DNA of 64,000 nucleotides from an uncultured Nitrososphaerota archaeon. Lineage in GTDB: Archaea > Thermoproteota > EX4484-205 > JAAOZP01. The stretch spans positions 3,672 through 67,671 of the forward strand of contig CAZWPT010000003.1 of NCBI GenBank assembly GCA_964635675.1, read 5' to 3'. The translations under genes were made by a program, and so were the position numbers. The notes under the pieces are model-generated. The model was given only the letters and a program-made list of their open reading frames with translations. It did not search any database and was not told the DNA's origin. Shown here in pieces: positions 18,213 through 27,983 of this stretch. Within the stretch, counting starts at the first letter, position 1. Each line of letters starts with the position of its first letter.

Positions 18213-21074
18213 ATGAATGAAGCTCCCCTGCCCCAGAAATCCTTGGAACTGCTTCCAAAACCCATTAGGACAGCCATGAAACGTATGGGGATAGAAGAAT
18301 TAACGGAGCCCCAGGAGAAAGCTATTCCAGCCATCGTGAATGGGAAAAACATCCTTTTAATAGCTCCGACTGGAAGTGGGAAGACGGAGGCAGCGATCCT
18401 GCCAGTTCTGGGTAAGCTGTTCAGCATTAACGGCAGAAGGGGGATCTCACTCCTCTACATCACTCCATTAAGGGCTTTGAATAGGGACATGATGAGAAGA
18501 ATAGTGAAATGGTGTGCCCTGCTAGGCTTGTCTGTAGACGTGCGGCATGGGGACACACCGTCATCAACGAGGAGGAAACAGGCTTTAAAGCCCCCCGATA
18601 TTTTGATAACGACTCCTGAGACTCTTCAAGCAATCCTCCCGGGTAGGAGAATGCAGGACAATCTTAAGAGGGTTAAATGGGTAATTGTAGACGAGATTCA
18701 TGAAATAGCTGAAAGCAAGAGGGGTGTTCAGCTCGCAGTAGCCTTGGAAAGGCTGAGGGAAATCACTGGCCATGATTTTCAGAGGATAGGTCTCTCAGCA
18801 ACCGTCGGGACGCCGGATAAGGTTGGAAGGCTTCTCGCAGGCAGCAAGAGACCGTTTGAAATCCTCAAGGTCCGTGTGCCGAAAGGCTACAGGTATTGGA
18901 TAGAATGGCCTCAGCCTAATGAGGAGGATTTCGACCTTTCAACTACTCTCTACACTTCTCCCGAGGCTGCCGCGAGAATAAGGACAATAAAGGATCTTTG
19001 CGACTCTTATACTTCTACCCTTGTCTTCGTAAACAGCAGGCAGGTGGCTGAAATGCTTGCTTTAAGACTGGGTCTACTAGATCCTAAGATAGGCATCCAC
19101 CACGGCTCCCTATCAAGAGAGGAGAGGACAAAGATTGAAGACGGTTTCAAAAAAGGCTTGATTAAGGCTATTGTCTGCACTTCAACACTTGAACTCGGCA
19201 TAGATATTGGTACTGCTAACCTGGTGATACAGTATCTTTCCCCGCGTCAAGTGGGGCCTTTCATCCAGAGAGTAGGTAGGTCTGGTCATAGGCTTGGATT
19301 AACGTCTGAAGGAGTAATACTAACCGCCTTCATAGACGACGCTCTCGAATCAACAGCCGTTGTGAATAGGGCGCGGAGCGAAAAGGTTGAGCCTACCCGG
19401 ATCCATGAGGGGGCTCTAGACGTTCTTGCACACCAGCTAGTTGGGCTCTCCCTAGACCATGGGAGCATAAGCATTTCTAAGGCGGTTGAAATAGTGTCGA
19501 GGGCATACCCTTTCAGAAGGCTGGATGAGGAGGAGCTTCGGAGGGTAGCGGGCTTCCTTTCCAAGCTTGGCCTAATAAGGCTGGAAGGAGACAGCATAAC
19601 ACATACTAGAAAAGCCAGGAAATATTATTTCTCGAATCTCTCAATGATACCTGACGAGAGGAGATATCCCGTTGTCGACCTTACGTCGAACAGGACAATA
19701 GGAATAGTTGGTGAAGAGTTCGTAATGCTTAGAGCAAGGATAGGGCTCCACTTCATCTGCAGAGGAATGGTTTGGAATATTGAGCAGATTTCTGACGATG
19801 GGGTGTACGTGACACCGGTTGAAGACCCTAGAGCCGCCCTACCCGGATGGGATGGCGAGATTCTTCCAATACCCTACGAGCTGGCTAGGGAAGTCGGCAG
19901 GCTTCGGAGAAAAATCAGCGTAAAACTCCGCAGAGGCGAGAATGAGCAAGCCGTAAGCTGGCTTTGCAGAGAGTTTCAGATAGATAGTAATGCCGCTAGG
20001 AAAATAGTCGGTGAAATCCGGGAGCATATGGAGATGAGGGCTCCAGTCCCCTCTGACAACCTTATCTTAATAGAGGGTTTCGATAGGTATTTGATTGTGA
20101 ATTGCTGCCTGGGAGAGCTGGCGAACAGAACACTCGGATACGTTATTGACCAGAGGCTTTCCAGAGACGGGCTCATTAGAAACTGGTGGGCAGACGGGTA
20201 TAGGATCCTGATCGAACTACCGGTTGAGGTATCAGAGTCCAACTTCAAACACCTTGTCGAAAAAGTATTGCCTAGAGGCCCTGAGGAGGTTGAGAGGGAT
20301 TTCTACGCTAGGATTAGGGAAAGGTTTCCATTCGGATATTACATGAAGTTCATCGCCGAAAGGTTCGGTGCGATTGAACGTGGCCTGTCGCTGGGGAAAG
20401 AAAAGCTGCTCGACTTGTACAGCAGGTTCAAGCAGACACCGATATACGATGAAACTATACGGGAAGTTCTTCAGGAGAAGGCTGATGTCGAAACGGTGAA
20501 AAAGGTGGTTTCAGCCATTGGAAGTGGGAAAATCAGGGTTGAAACCCAGATCTCAAGCGAGAAACCCACTCCAATATCATACCACATACTGAACAAGTAT
20601 GCTGAGATTCCCGAGATGATCGCACCGGAGCAGGTTCAGGCCGATACGGTGGAGAGAATGAGAAACGCCATAATGCATACTAATGTTGAGTTTATATGCA
20701 TGGAATGCGGGAGGAAGCAGGAGCCGATTCCTATTAGGGATCTTCCGCAGAAGCCAAGCTGCTCCTGCGGCTCAACTCTTCTAGCGGTACTGCCCGGGTA
20801 TAGGGGGTATCTTGCGGGAATCGTGAATAAGAGGCTGAACGGTGAGAAACTGTCTGAAGACGAGTTGAGGCTTCTTGCCGACTTGAGGAGGACTGCAGAC
20901 GTTATTCATTCTTATGGGAGAAGAGGAGTTATCGCGTTATCCGTCTACGGAATAGGGCCACAGACCGCTCTAAGAATACTTTCGAAAATGCATTACAGTG
21001 AGGATGAATTGCTCAGGGATCTTCTGGAAGCAAAATTGCAGTACATAAGGACTAAGCCCTACTGGAAGACCTAG
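18213..21074 (+). CDS. lhr: Lhr-type ATP-dependent helicase (DEXH box)
   Basis: 953 aa. Walker A APTGSGKTEAA, DEIHE box and helicase C domain (ATSTLELGIDIG). A long Lhr-like C-terminal extension carries a Zn ribbon (CMECG...CSCGS). Confidence 0.85.
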   Translation: MNEAPLPQKSLELLPKPIRTAMKRMGIEELTEPQEKAIPAIVNGKNILLIAPTGSGKTEAAILPVLGKLFSINGRRGISLLYITPLRALNRDMMRRIVKWCALLGLSVDVRHGDTPSSTRRKQALKPPDILITTPETLQAILPGRRMQDNLKRVKWVIVDEIHEIAESKRGVQLAVALERLREITGHDFQRIGLSATVGTPDKVGRLLAGSKRPFEILKVRVPKGYRYWIEWPQPNEEDFDLSTTLYTSPEAAARIRTIKDLCDSYTSTLVFVNSRQVAEMLALRLGLLDPKIGIHHGSLSREERTKIEDGFKKGLIKAIVCTSTLELGIDIGTANLVIQYLSPRQVGPFIQRVGRSGHRLGLTSEGVILTAFIDDALESTAVVNRARSEKVEPTRIHEGALDVLAHQLVGLSLDHGSISISKAVEIVSRAYPFRRLDEEELRRVAGFLSKLGLIRLEGDSITHTRKARKYYFSNLSMIPDERRYPVVDLTSNRTIGIVGEEFVMLRARIGLHFICRGMVWNIEQISDDGVYVTPVEDPRAALPGWDGEILPIPYELAREVGRLRRKISVKLRRGENEQAVSWLCREFQIDSNAARKIVGEIREHMEMRAPVPSDNLILIEGFDRYLIVNCCLGELANRTLGYVIDQRLSRDGLIRNWWADGYRILIELPVEVSESNFKHLVEKVLPRGPEEVERDFYARIRERFPFGYYMKFIAERFGAIERGLSLGKEKLLDLYSRFKQTPIYDETIREVLQEKADVETVKKVVSAIGSGKIRVETQISSEKPTPISYHILNKYAEIPEMIAPEQVQADTVERMRNAIMHTNVEFICMECGRKQEPIPIRDLPQKPSCSCGSTLLAVLPGYRGYLAGIVNKRLNGEKLSEDELRLLADLRRTADVIHSYGRRGVIALSVYGIGPQTALRILSKMHYSEDELLRDLLEAKLQYIRTKPYWKT

Positions 21075-21126
21075 AGAAAAACCTCCGTTATAATTCGAAT
21101 GAAAAAAACATGGGGAATTACGGGTT

Positions 21127-21666
21127 TTAGGGCTTCTCGATTACTGTACGAGTTATTATCTCAATCCTAGTTACTTTACTGTTCTCAACATCCACCCATA
21201 CAAATGCCAAGCTAGAGCTGTCTTTACGCAGCGTGAGGATGGCGCTCTTAGCCTTAGCTACCACGCTTCCATCAGCCTCAACAACGGTTTTTATAATCGG
21301 TTGAATACAAGTTACGTTGTAGCCTTCTGAGAGTAGATTCTGCACATCAGAATCGCTCTTAGCTATATTAACGACATTGTTCTTAAACTCCTCACTGATC
21401 TCGATAGGGCCCCATCCTCGCTTGATGCGACCACAGTATGTTTGAGCCCTACTAAGATTCGCCTCGACCTTGGCAGAACCCCATTTGAAACGGTCCAGCG
21501 GGCCGCGGAACGGTAGCCAAGGCAAGGGTGTTTCTGAAGATTCACCAGTCTGTGCAACGACGTTTGTCAGGCTAACGTATATGGCTATGCCTAGTAGGAG
21601 GACGAATATAGGTAAAGAGATCTTGAGAGCGCTGGTCATCATTGCTACTATTGAATATAGTAGCAA
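21127..21666 (-). CDS. Hypothetical membrane-anchored/secreted protein
   Basis: 179 aa. N-terminal hydrophobic segment followed by a soluble domain. No recognisable motif. Confidence 0.4.
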   Translation of the reverse strand: MLLYSIVAMMTSALKISLPIFVLLLGIAIYVSLTNVVAQTGESSETPLPWLPFRGPLDRFKWGSAKVEANLSRAQTYCGRIKRGWGPIEISEEFKNNVVNIAKSDSDVQNLLSEGYNVTCIQPIIKTVVEADGSVVAKAKSAILTLRKDSSSLAFVWVDVENSKVTRIEIITRTVIEKP

Positions 21667-21765
21667 TATATAAATGTTACGTTCCTCTTAAACGGGCATA
21701 AAAACCGATCGGGCTGGAGACGGGGCCAGGATAATCTTTTTACCCGGGTTTAATAAGGCTCTTCC

Positions 21766-22302
21766 ATGAAAAAAGAGATTGGCCTAGGAGAGTCATATAA
21801 GCTACTGCATCCTAGACCAGTAGTTCTTATATGTGCAAGAAGCAAGGAGGGCAGGGTTAATATCATGAGCTGCTCCTGGGTTACCCCTGTGAGCGACGAC
21901 CCTCCGCTTATAGCGATGTCTCTATGGGAGAAGGGATATACTCATACTTTGATAGACGAGACCAGAGAATTCACAGTAAACATCCCCTCTTCAAAGCTGC
22001 TTAAACAGGTTTGGCTGGCAGGCACCAGAAGCGGTAGTAAAATGGATAAGGCTAAGCTTCTAAAAGTTAGCTTCACAACCTCTAGCACCATTAAAGTGCC
22101 CGGAATAGAGGAATGCTTAGGGATCCTTGAATGCAGAGTCAGAGATAGAATGAAATTCGGAGAGCAGATACTATATGTCGCTGAAGTCAAAAGAGCATGC
22201 GCTGAAGAAGGCTTGTTCAAAAAAGGTGTATGGAGTAGTAAAGCAGAACCCCTGCTTCATCTTGCCGGCAAAGCCTTCTCAATACCCAGGCCGGTTGATT
22301 AA
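21766..22302 (+). CDS. Flavin reductase-like FMN-binding split-barrel protein
   Basis: 178 aa. LLHPRPVVLICARSKEGRVNIMSCSWVTPVSDDPPLIAMSL is typical of the flavin reductase-like domain. Confidence 0.75.
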   Translation: MKKEIGLGESYKLLHPRPVVLICARSKEGRVNIMSCSWVTPVSDDPPLIAMSLWEKGYTHTLIDETREFTVNIPSSKLLKQVWLAGTRSGSKMDKAKLLKVSFTTSSTIKVPGIEECLGILECRVRDRMKFGEQILYVAEVKRACAEEGLFKKGVWSSKAEPLLHLAGKAFSIPRPVD

Positions 22303-22439
22303 ACGGCAAACCCTGTCATTTTTCCCATTTCCTCTGACCATCATTCTTTTCTGCTTCCTTTACCAAATCGTTCAAACCGTTCAAAAATTTTCTAATAGAA
22401 TTTGTATTGCATGTTCTTTAAGAAAAATAAATATTAGGA

Positions 22440-22472
22440 AAAGCTCCGCGCCACGCGCTTAGTTGGAGCTTT
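22440..22472 (+). terminator. Stem-loop (8-bp stem AAAGCTCC/GGAGCTTT, 17-nt loop) followed by a T-rich run
   Basis: A perfect inverted repeat is seen directly, followed by CTATTTTTAG. It could be a transcript 3'-end structure downstream of the flavin reductase gene, or part of an ncRNA. Confidence 0.35.
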
Positions 22473-22486
22473 CTATTTTTAGAAAA
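22470..22486. promoter_or_regulatory. Palindrome TTTCTA-TTTT-TAGAAA(A), candidate operator (copy 1)
   Basis: Palindrome seen in sequence. A more complete copy CTTTTCTA-TTTT-TAGAAAAG lies at 22749-22768. Both are in the long AT-rich region upstream of the first URO-D-like gene. Confidence 0.35.
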
Positions 22487-22748
22487 CTCTGAAACACCCT
22501 TTTTGACTTTTCTAAATAGGGTGTGAGGCTTTTGTAAACAATACTTATATTCATTCTTTTTCGAAGCGTCTCACACCTAACGTTATTCGTAGACAATACT
22601 TATGGAGGCATCTTGTAGCAATGAAGCCGGCTTAATCATCAAAAGTTATTCAAGGCCGCGCTCTTAAATACAACAACACTAATAGAACACGGATATGAGG
22701 CTAAGCTATAAGAACCAGAGAGCACCATTAGATCATGCGGTAAGACCT

Positions 22749-22768
22749 CTTTTCTATTTTTAGAAAAG
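22749..22768. promoter_or_regulatory. Perfect 20-bp palindrome CTTTTCTATTTTTAGAAAAG, candidate operator (copy 2)
   Basis: Perfect palindrome seen in sequence, about 210 bp upstream of ATG 22980. Related to the copy at 22470-22486. Confidence 0.35.
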
Positions 22769-22948
22769 TCCACATAACGGCTTTCCGCTTTCAGTATTTT
22801 TGTCCAGCATCCCGATTTTCTTTTTCTTTAAAATTTTGAAATAGACTTTCTATAAGAAAAATATTGAAAAAGTTTTTACGAGTTTTTACTTTCATATCAA
22901 CCGGCGAGATTGAAAGAGTTTTGGAAAAATAATAAGGACATAATGAAT

Positions 22949-22958
22949 GTTTATATAA
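22949..22958 (+). promoter_or_regulatory. TATA box (GTTTATATAA) plus GGAGG upstream of the 22980 gene
   Basis: TATA-like box about 22 nt upstream of the ATG. GGAGG at 22971-22975. Confidence 0.45.
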
Positions 22959-22979
22959 CCCAATTTAGAGGGAGGCCCT

Positions 22980-24107
22980 ATGAACTCTTGGGAAAGAGTC
23001 GTAAAAGCTATGCAGCTTTCAGCACCCGATAGGGTTCCAATCTACGAGATGCACATCCCTCCTAAAATATCTTCAGTAATATTGAATAAGAACGTGAATG
23101 AAATCATGTATGCTAATGCCGAGGCCTTCTATAACCTGATAGTGTCAAAGGCAGAGATTAATCTAGATAAGTTGAATGCGCAAGTGGCGGAGGAACAGTT
23201 AACCCTTTACAAGAAGCTTGGGTTAGATTGGATAAGAGTTGGCGGAGCCTACACCGGCATTCCAAAGAATGTTAAAAAGCTTGAAGACAACGTGTGGCAG
23301 ATAAATGGCGGACGCTACAAATGGACAGGAGATACAGCTTGGTTTCTGGATGAGCCTAAAGAATACGATCCCGATGAGGTGATAAGGGCTTGCAAGAAGA
23401 GCAGTATAAGGGTGAACACCGGTGTTTTCGACGTGTTGAAGCGGATTTCCAAAAAAGTTAAGGGCGAGGTCTTTCTATCCTTTGACGCTGACGGAACTTG
23501 GGGGCCAATAGTTTCAAATCCAAATCTGCTTAAGCATGTTCTCGTCTGGGTGTATAGAAGACCTGATGCTGTTGAAGCTCTGATCAACTATCATACTGAA
23601 ATTGCAATAGAATACGGGAGGTATGCAATCGATGAGGGTGCTGATGCGATTCAGCTCTGCGTTGACTACGGTAATAAAAATGGTCCTTGGCTTTCTCCGC
23701 CGATGTTCAGAAGATTCGTGAAACCGGCCTTAGAGAGGCATGTGAATGAATTCAGAAGAAAAGGGGCTTTTGTAGTGGTTCATTCAGACGGTTATATCAT
23801 GCCGCTGCTGGGCGACATGGTGGATGCAGGGATTAATGCCTATCAGGGTATAGATGTAATAGCAGGCATGAACCTCAAGGAAGTCAAGGAGAAGTATGGG
23901 GATAGGATTTGCCTGGTTGGGAATGTCGACCCGAGGGTAATCGAGTACGGTACGAAGTCTGATGTGGAGAGAGAGGTTGAAAGGTGTCTCAGGGAGGGCG
24001 GAAAAGAGGGGTATATACTGTCAGCATCTGCCAACATTTCTATTAACACGAATGCTGAGAACTTCATGCATATGGTGGAGTATGCTAAGAAAATGTCGTA
24101 TGCTTAG
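22980..24107 (+). CDS. URO-D/MtaA-superfamily protein, paralog 1 (uroporphyrinogen decarboxylase-like / methyltransferase-like fold)
   Basis: 375 aa. N-terminal MNSWERVVKAMQLSAPDRVPIYE. Central ...AFVVVHSDGYIMP... and C-terminal GNVDPRVIEYG...GGKEGYILSASANI resemble the URO-D/MtaA family. About 65% identical to the 31485..32612 product. Confidence 0.65.
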   Translation: MNSWERVVKAMQLSAPDRVPIYEMHIPPKISSVILNKNVNEIMYANAEAFYNLIVSKAEINLDKLNAQVAEEQLTLYKKLGLDWIRVGGAYTGIPKNVKKLEDNVWQINGGRYKWTGDTAWFLDEPKEYDPDEVIRACKKSSIRVNTGVFDVLKRISKKVKGEVFLSFDADGTWGPIVSNPNLLKHVLVWVYRRPDAVEALINYHTEIAIEYGRYAIDEGADAIQLCVDYGNKNGPWLSPPMFRRFVKPALERHVNEFRRKGAFVVVHSDGYIMPLLGDMVDAGINAYQGIDVIAGMNLKEVKEKYGDRICLVGNVDPRVIEYGTKSDVEREVERCLREGGKEGYILSASANISINTNAENFMHMVEYAKKMSYA

Positions 24108-24603
24108 CTGCTTCACCTATTTTTCCGAATCTCCGAAGCGCCTCGCATTCCTGTTGTTGAATCTCGATAACACCGTGGACTTATGACGAGGAGACAGTTA
24201 AAAAGCAGGAGATACCCTCTTCTTCACGTTTACCTTGGGGACTATTATGTATATCCTGAGGATGAGAACTGTATGTTCATAAACGATGAATACCTGGTAG
24301 GAAACCTTTTAGTGACCCAGTGGTTAAAAGCGGTTGCAATGAAAGAAGCATCTACATACTCGAGACGCATGATGCAGAGCTGGCTACAATAATTAGAAAG
24401 ACGAGGAGGGAAATCTTCAACCTGTAAAGAAAAGGATTGGGCAATGTGTGGCGCGCTAGAAGAAACCCTGTGAAACAAGTCGGTTACGAATATTTCTGAA
24501 ACGCTCCGTAATCTTAGCTATAGGCATGCTGGGTAAAAAAATGGGTAAAAAATCGCACAAGTCTTATAAACCATGGCGTTACCTTAGTTGACGGTGGTGT
24601 GAA

Positions 24604-24975
24604 ATGGAGGAAGAGAGAAAAGAAGTTGAGCTGCCTGAAGCAGAGAAGAAAAGAGAGATGACGCATCACGCTGAGGATGTTGAAGAATTGCGAGAAGTTT
24701 TGAAGACTGTTAGAGAGGAAGTACCTGGCCTCTTAAAGGATATCGTTGGTCCTCTTAAGGAGTTGATGGGTACATCATTAACGGAGGAGCAGGCGAGGGA
24801 AAGGGCTAGGGCAATAGCGACTTTCTATAAAGAATTAGTAGCGGCGGGAATGAAGGAGGATGTTGCTATCGAGCTGGTTAAAAACCAGTTTATCAGCCCA
24901 GCAGAATTAATCAAAAACGTGCTTGGGCAAACCGGCAAGATAAGAAGAGAAGAAGAGAAGGTTTTAGAGAAGTAA
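24604..24975 (+). CDS. Hypothetical charged protein
   Basis: 123 aa, rich in Glu/Lys, helical. No motif. Confidence 0.35.
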   Translation: MEEERKEVELPEAEKKREMTHHAEDVEELREVLKTVREEVPGLLKDIVGPLKELMGTSLTEEQARERARAIATFYKELVAAGMKEDVAIELVKNQFISPAELIKNVLGQTGKIRREEEKVLEK

Positions 24976-24985
24976 GAGATTCGAA

Positions 24986-25288
24986 ATGGGAAAGGCGTTG
25001 CAAATAGTCCTAATCGTAGTGGAGGCTTTAATAACTCTCATTGTATTAACCCCCGTTTTTTTATGGCTTTTGTTGAATGTTTATCTAGTCAATTACAGGA
25101 TAGGAAAGAACAGGAAGAAGATGGTGAAGATGTTGAGGAGGGAAGGCTTACCGGAGGATACTTCCATCAAGATAGCTGAACACATGTTTCCTAAAATGGA
25201 GTTTTCCCCTTGGAGGCTTAGATCCATAATGAGTGGAGGAGAATCCGGTGGGAGGAAAGAGGGGAAAACTGATTGGAAAGCAGGATAG
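24986..25288 (+). CDS. Hypothetical small membrane protein
   Basis: 100 aa, with one or two N-terminal TM helices. Confidence 0.3.
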   Translation: MGKALQIVLIVVEALITLIVLTPVFLWLLLNVYLVNYRIGKNRKKMVKMLRREGLPEDTSIKIAEHMFPKMEFSPWRLRSIMSGGESGGRKEGKTDWKAG

Positions 25289-25677
25289 ACGAGCTTGTCA
25301 GGAAGATCAATCTTCTTGAAGAAGAGCTTAGGAAAGAAAGGGAGTTGAACAGGGATATATTGCGAGAGTTGGCTGTCGTTAGAAGCATCCTCTCCTTAAG
25401 TTCAGATGCCTATAAGACTTCTAAGAAAATAAGCCTCCTCTCAGAAAGCCTAAGAGCAGGACCATTAGCTAGAGATATAACTGAAATATTGATAGCTGAG
25501 GGGCCATTAAACATATCTCAGCTGACTAATCTACTGAGAGAAATTAGAGGAAGGGCCTCTCGGAAAACGGTTGCAAAGAAGCTTAGAGAATTAATGGAGC
25601 TAGGGATTGTAGATGCGATAGAAGGAAAAAAGAGTGAAAAGCTCTTTAAAGTACGAAGCGAAGATTCAAGCAAGTAG
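25273..25677 (+). CDS. Putative winged-HTH transcriptional regulator
   Basis: 134 aa. An N-terminal coiled-coil is followed by an HTH-like segment (ITEILIAEGPLNISQLTNLL...LMELGIVDAIEG). Confidence 0.4.
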   Translation: MESRIDELVRKINLLEEELRKERELNRDILRELAVVRSILSLSSDAYKTSKKISLLSESLRAGPLARDITEILIAEGPLNISQLTNLLREIRGRASRKTVAKKLRELMELGIVDAIEGKKSEKLFKVRSEDSSK

Positions 25678-25881
25678 CTGCGACAGTTTTTTGTAAAAAG
25701 CTTCATCCTCTCTAAAGGAGCTAACTCCTCGTATCTGGCGGGTTTCCCACACCTTTGTAAGAATAATGATACCCTGCTGCAACATCAGAGCATTCAACTT
25801 ACAACTGAGAAGTTATATCATTTCTGGACTCTACTCTAACGCTGATGCTCATAACTATGGTTTTGAAAGACTATTCAATGT

Positions 25882-26715
25882 TTAAAGAGTAATATTTCCG
25901 TATTCTCTGAAAAATTTTTTTAAGTTTTCCAGACTTCTAACAGCTATAGTTTCCGCATTCGGTTTATAGTCAAAAACCTCAACAGACAGGTATCCGGAAT
26001 AGTCGGTTTCAATCAGACCCTGAACTATTTCTTTATAGTTAGCGGAGCCGGACCCTGGAATATACCCATTGCAGTCATTCGCATGAAAATGCTTCAGGTA
26101 GGTTCTTCCTTCTTTTATTATGTCTTTGAAAGATCTTTTTTCCTCACACATGCTTCTCACGTCGAGAATAAGTCTGATGTTTTCATGATTAACGCCCGTT
26201 ATGAATTTGATTGCTTCGCTAACATTGTTTATGAAATTTGTCTGATCTTTAGATAAGGGTTCGATGCAAAAGACCACCATTTTTTCCTTAGCAGAATCCC
26301 CAATATCTCTGAAGGCGGAGACAGCAGAATCCCATGCTCTTTTAAAAACCTCCTTTGATGGGATGCTTCTTTGCTTTGGAGAACCAAAAACCACTATTCT
26401 TCCGCCTATTTCGCTTGTAAACTCTATTACTTTAGCTAGATACTCTACGGCCTCTCTACGCACTTCTCCCGAGTCATTAAAAAGGTTCACGTTCTTGTCG
26501 CAGACCAAGACCCAATGAGTGCCAACTACTTCAATACCGCTTTCGACCGCTTTCCTCCTTATCTCCCATCTCCTATCCATGGAAATTTTCTCAACATTGC
26601 TAGCTATGGTGAAAGGGGCGACTTCGACACCGTGATATCCGAACCGCTTAACGTGAAGAAAGACTTCAGTAACATCCATCCCTGAAAACACTTCGTTGCA
26701 TATGGAAAGCTTCAT
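25882..26715 (-). CDS. Sugar phosphate isomerase/epimerase (xylose-isomerase-like TIM barrel)
   Basis: 277 aa. MKLSICNEVF...GYHGVEVAP N-terminus and overall pattern of the AP-endonuclease-2/xylose-isomerase-like TIM-barrel family. Confidence 0.7.
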   Translation of the reverse strand: MKLSICNEVFSGMDVTEVFLHVKRFGYHGVEVAPFTIASNVEKISMDRRWEIRRKAVESGIEVVGTHWVLVCDKNVNLFNDSGEVRREAVEYLAKVIEFTSEIGGRIVVFGSPKQRSIPSKEVFKRAWDSAVSAFRDIGDSAKEKMVVFCIEPLSKDQTNFINNVSEAIKFITGVNHENIRLILDVRSMCEEKRSFKDIIKEGRTYLKHFHANDCNGYIPGSGSANYKEIVQGLIETDYSGYLSVEVFDYKPNAETIAVRSLENLKKFFREYGNITL

Positions 26716-26787
26716 TTGTACCGAAAAATTGAATCAGGCTAATAAGTTTTTAAAGACCAGCATAATGGTTTAAAAAGTGTTGTTTCA

Positions 26788-27939
26788 ATGAACTCAATAA
26801 AAATGAGTAGGAAGATAGCTGAAGTCAAGATAGAGGCCGGTGTTCACGACAGGGTTGATACTCCGGTTTGTTTCTCGTTGCAGAAACTGGCTTCATTCCT
26901 TGAGGACAAAAAGGACGTTCATCTGGAGATAGATGGTGTAAAAATACCTTTGCAAGTTGCGGAGCAAGAAAACTCGCTTCAAGGTTGCTTCATCCTTCCT
27001 TATGCGAAGGCCGGGGGAACCTTAAGGGGAGATATTGTTCTGAGTGAAGAAGAGGAAGAAACCGGTTTCTCATACTACTTGAAGGAGGGCACTCTGATTG
27101 TCAACCATGGGGAAAACATGGTGGCAGGCTATAATTATGGAAAATTGCTTAGCAAACCTTATCTGTATCCGGTCTTCAGCACGAATGGCGTCAGGGTTAC
27201 GGAAGACAGGCCTAAGGATCATGTGCATCACAGGTCGCTATGGGTTGCACATGGGGATGTGAATGGATATGATTTCTGGGCTGAGTTTAACGATAGTGGA
27301 AGGATTGAAGCGAAAAATGTTAAAGTGAATAGTTGTGGGAAAGTTTTCTTAGAATTCAGCAGTAGCAATGTTTGGATTACCAAGTCAGGAAGCATTGAGC
27401 TATATGAGGAGAGGACAACGCGTATCTGGAGGCTTAAAAGAGATGTGCTCCTAGACCTTGAAATAATTCTCTCTAACCCTGAGAAAGATGTTAAATTCGG
27501 AGATACTAAGGAAGGTGGAATTCTTTCAATAAGGGTTAACGAAAAGATTAAGGTTGACAACGGTGGTAAGATTGAAAACTCGTTTGGTGGGATTAACGAG
27601 GCGGAAACATGGGGTAAGAGAGCAGCTTGGTGTGACTATAGCGGGATCGTTGATGGAGAGAGTGTTGGAATAACTGCTTTTGATCACTTGGGCAACTTCA
27701 GATACCCAACCTACTGGCATGTAAGGAATTACGGACTGATGACTGCAAATATGTTCGGCGTCTCAGTCTTTACGAATATGTCTAAGAACAGAGGGGACTA
27801 TAAGCTTCCGAAAGGAGAGAAATTGAGATTTAAGTATAGGGTTCTTGTGCATGAGGGCAGAGACTCCAGCTACATAAAAAGTAAGTATATTGATTTTATC
27901 TATCCGCCCAGGGTGGAAGTTTCAGAGGTTAAAGCATAG
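26788..27939 (+). CDS. DUF6807/PmoA-like family protein (function unknown)
   Basis: 383 aa. HHRSLWVAHGDVNGYDFW resembles the conserved core of the PmoA-like DUF6807 family, which is often adjacent to Gfo/Idh/MocA oxidoreductases. Confidence 0.4.
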   Translation: MNSIKMSRKIAEVKIEAGVHDRVDTPVCFSLQKLASFLEDKKDVHLEIDGVKIPLQVAEQENSLQGCFILPYAKAGGTLRGDIVLSEEEEETGFSYYLKEGTLIVNHGENMVAGYNYGKLLSKPYLYPVFSTNGVRVTEDRPKDHVHHRSLWVAHGDVNGYDFWAEFNDSGRIEAKNVKVNSCGKVFLEFSSSNVWITKSGSIELYEERTTRIWRLKRDVLLDLEIILSNPEKDVKFGDTKEGGILSIRVNEKIKVDNGGKIENSFGGINEAETWGKRAAWCDYSGIVDGESVGITAFDHLGNFRYPTYWHVRNYGLMTANMFGVSVFTNMSKNRGDYKLPKGEKLRFKYRVLVHEGRDSSYIKSKYIDFIYPPRVEVSEVKA

Positions 27940-27983
27940 GTCCTCTAAATGAATTTTACACTCATACCGCTGCTAGTCCTACT

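Noticed and set aside
22175-22462. 95-aa ORF spanning the end of the flavin reductase gene into the AT-rich intergenic region
   Set aside because: It overlaps the 3' end of a well-supported gene in another frame and runs into low-complexity AT-rich sequence. The hairpin at 22440-22472 is more likely the functional element there.
24520-24560. Tandem GGGTAAAAAA x2 near 24533-24553 and possible C/D-box-like elements in the 24108-24603 intergenic region
   Set aside because: It is only a two-unit short repeat. I found no convincing C box (RUGAUGA) / D box (CUGA) pairing with proper spacing, so there is too little evidence to call an sRNA.
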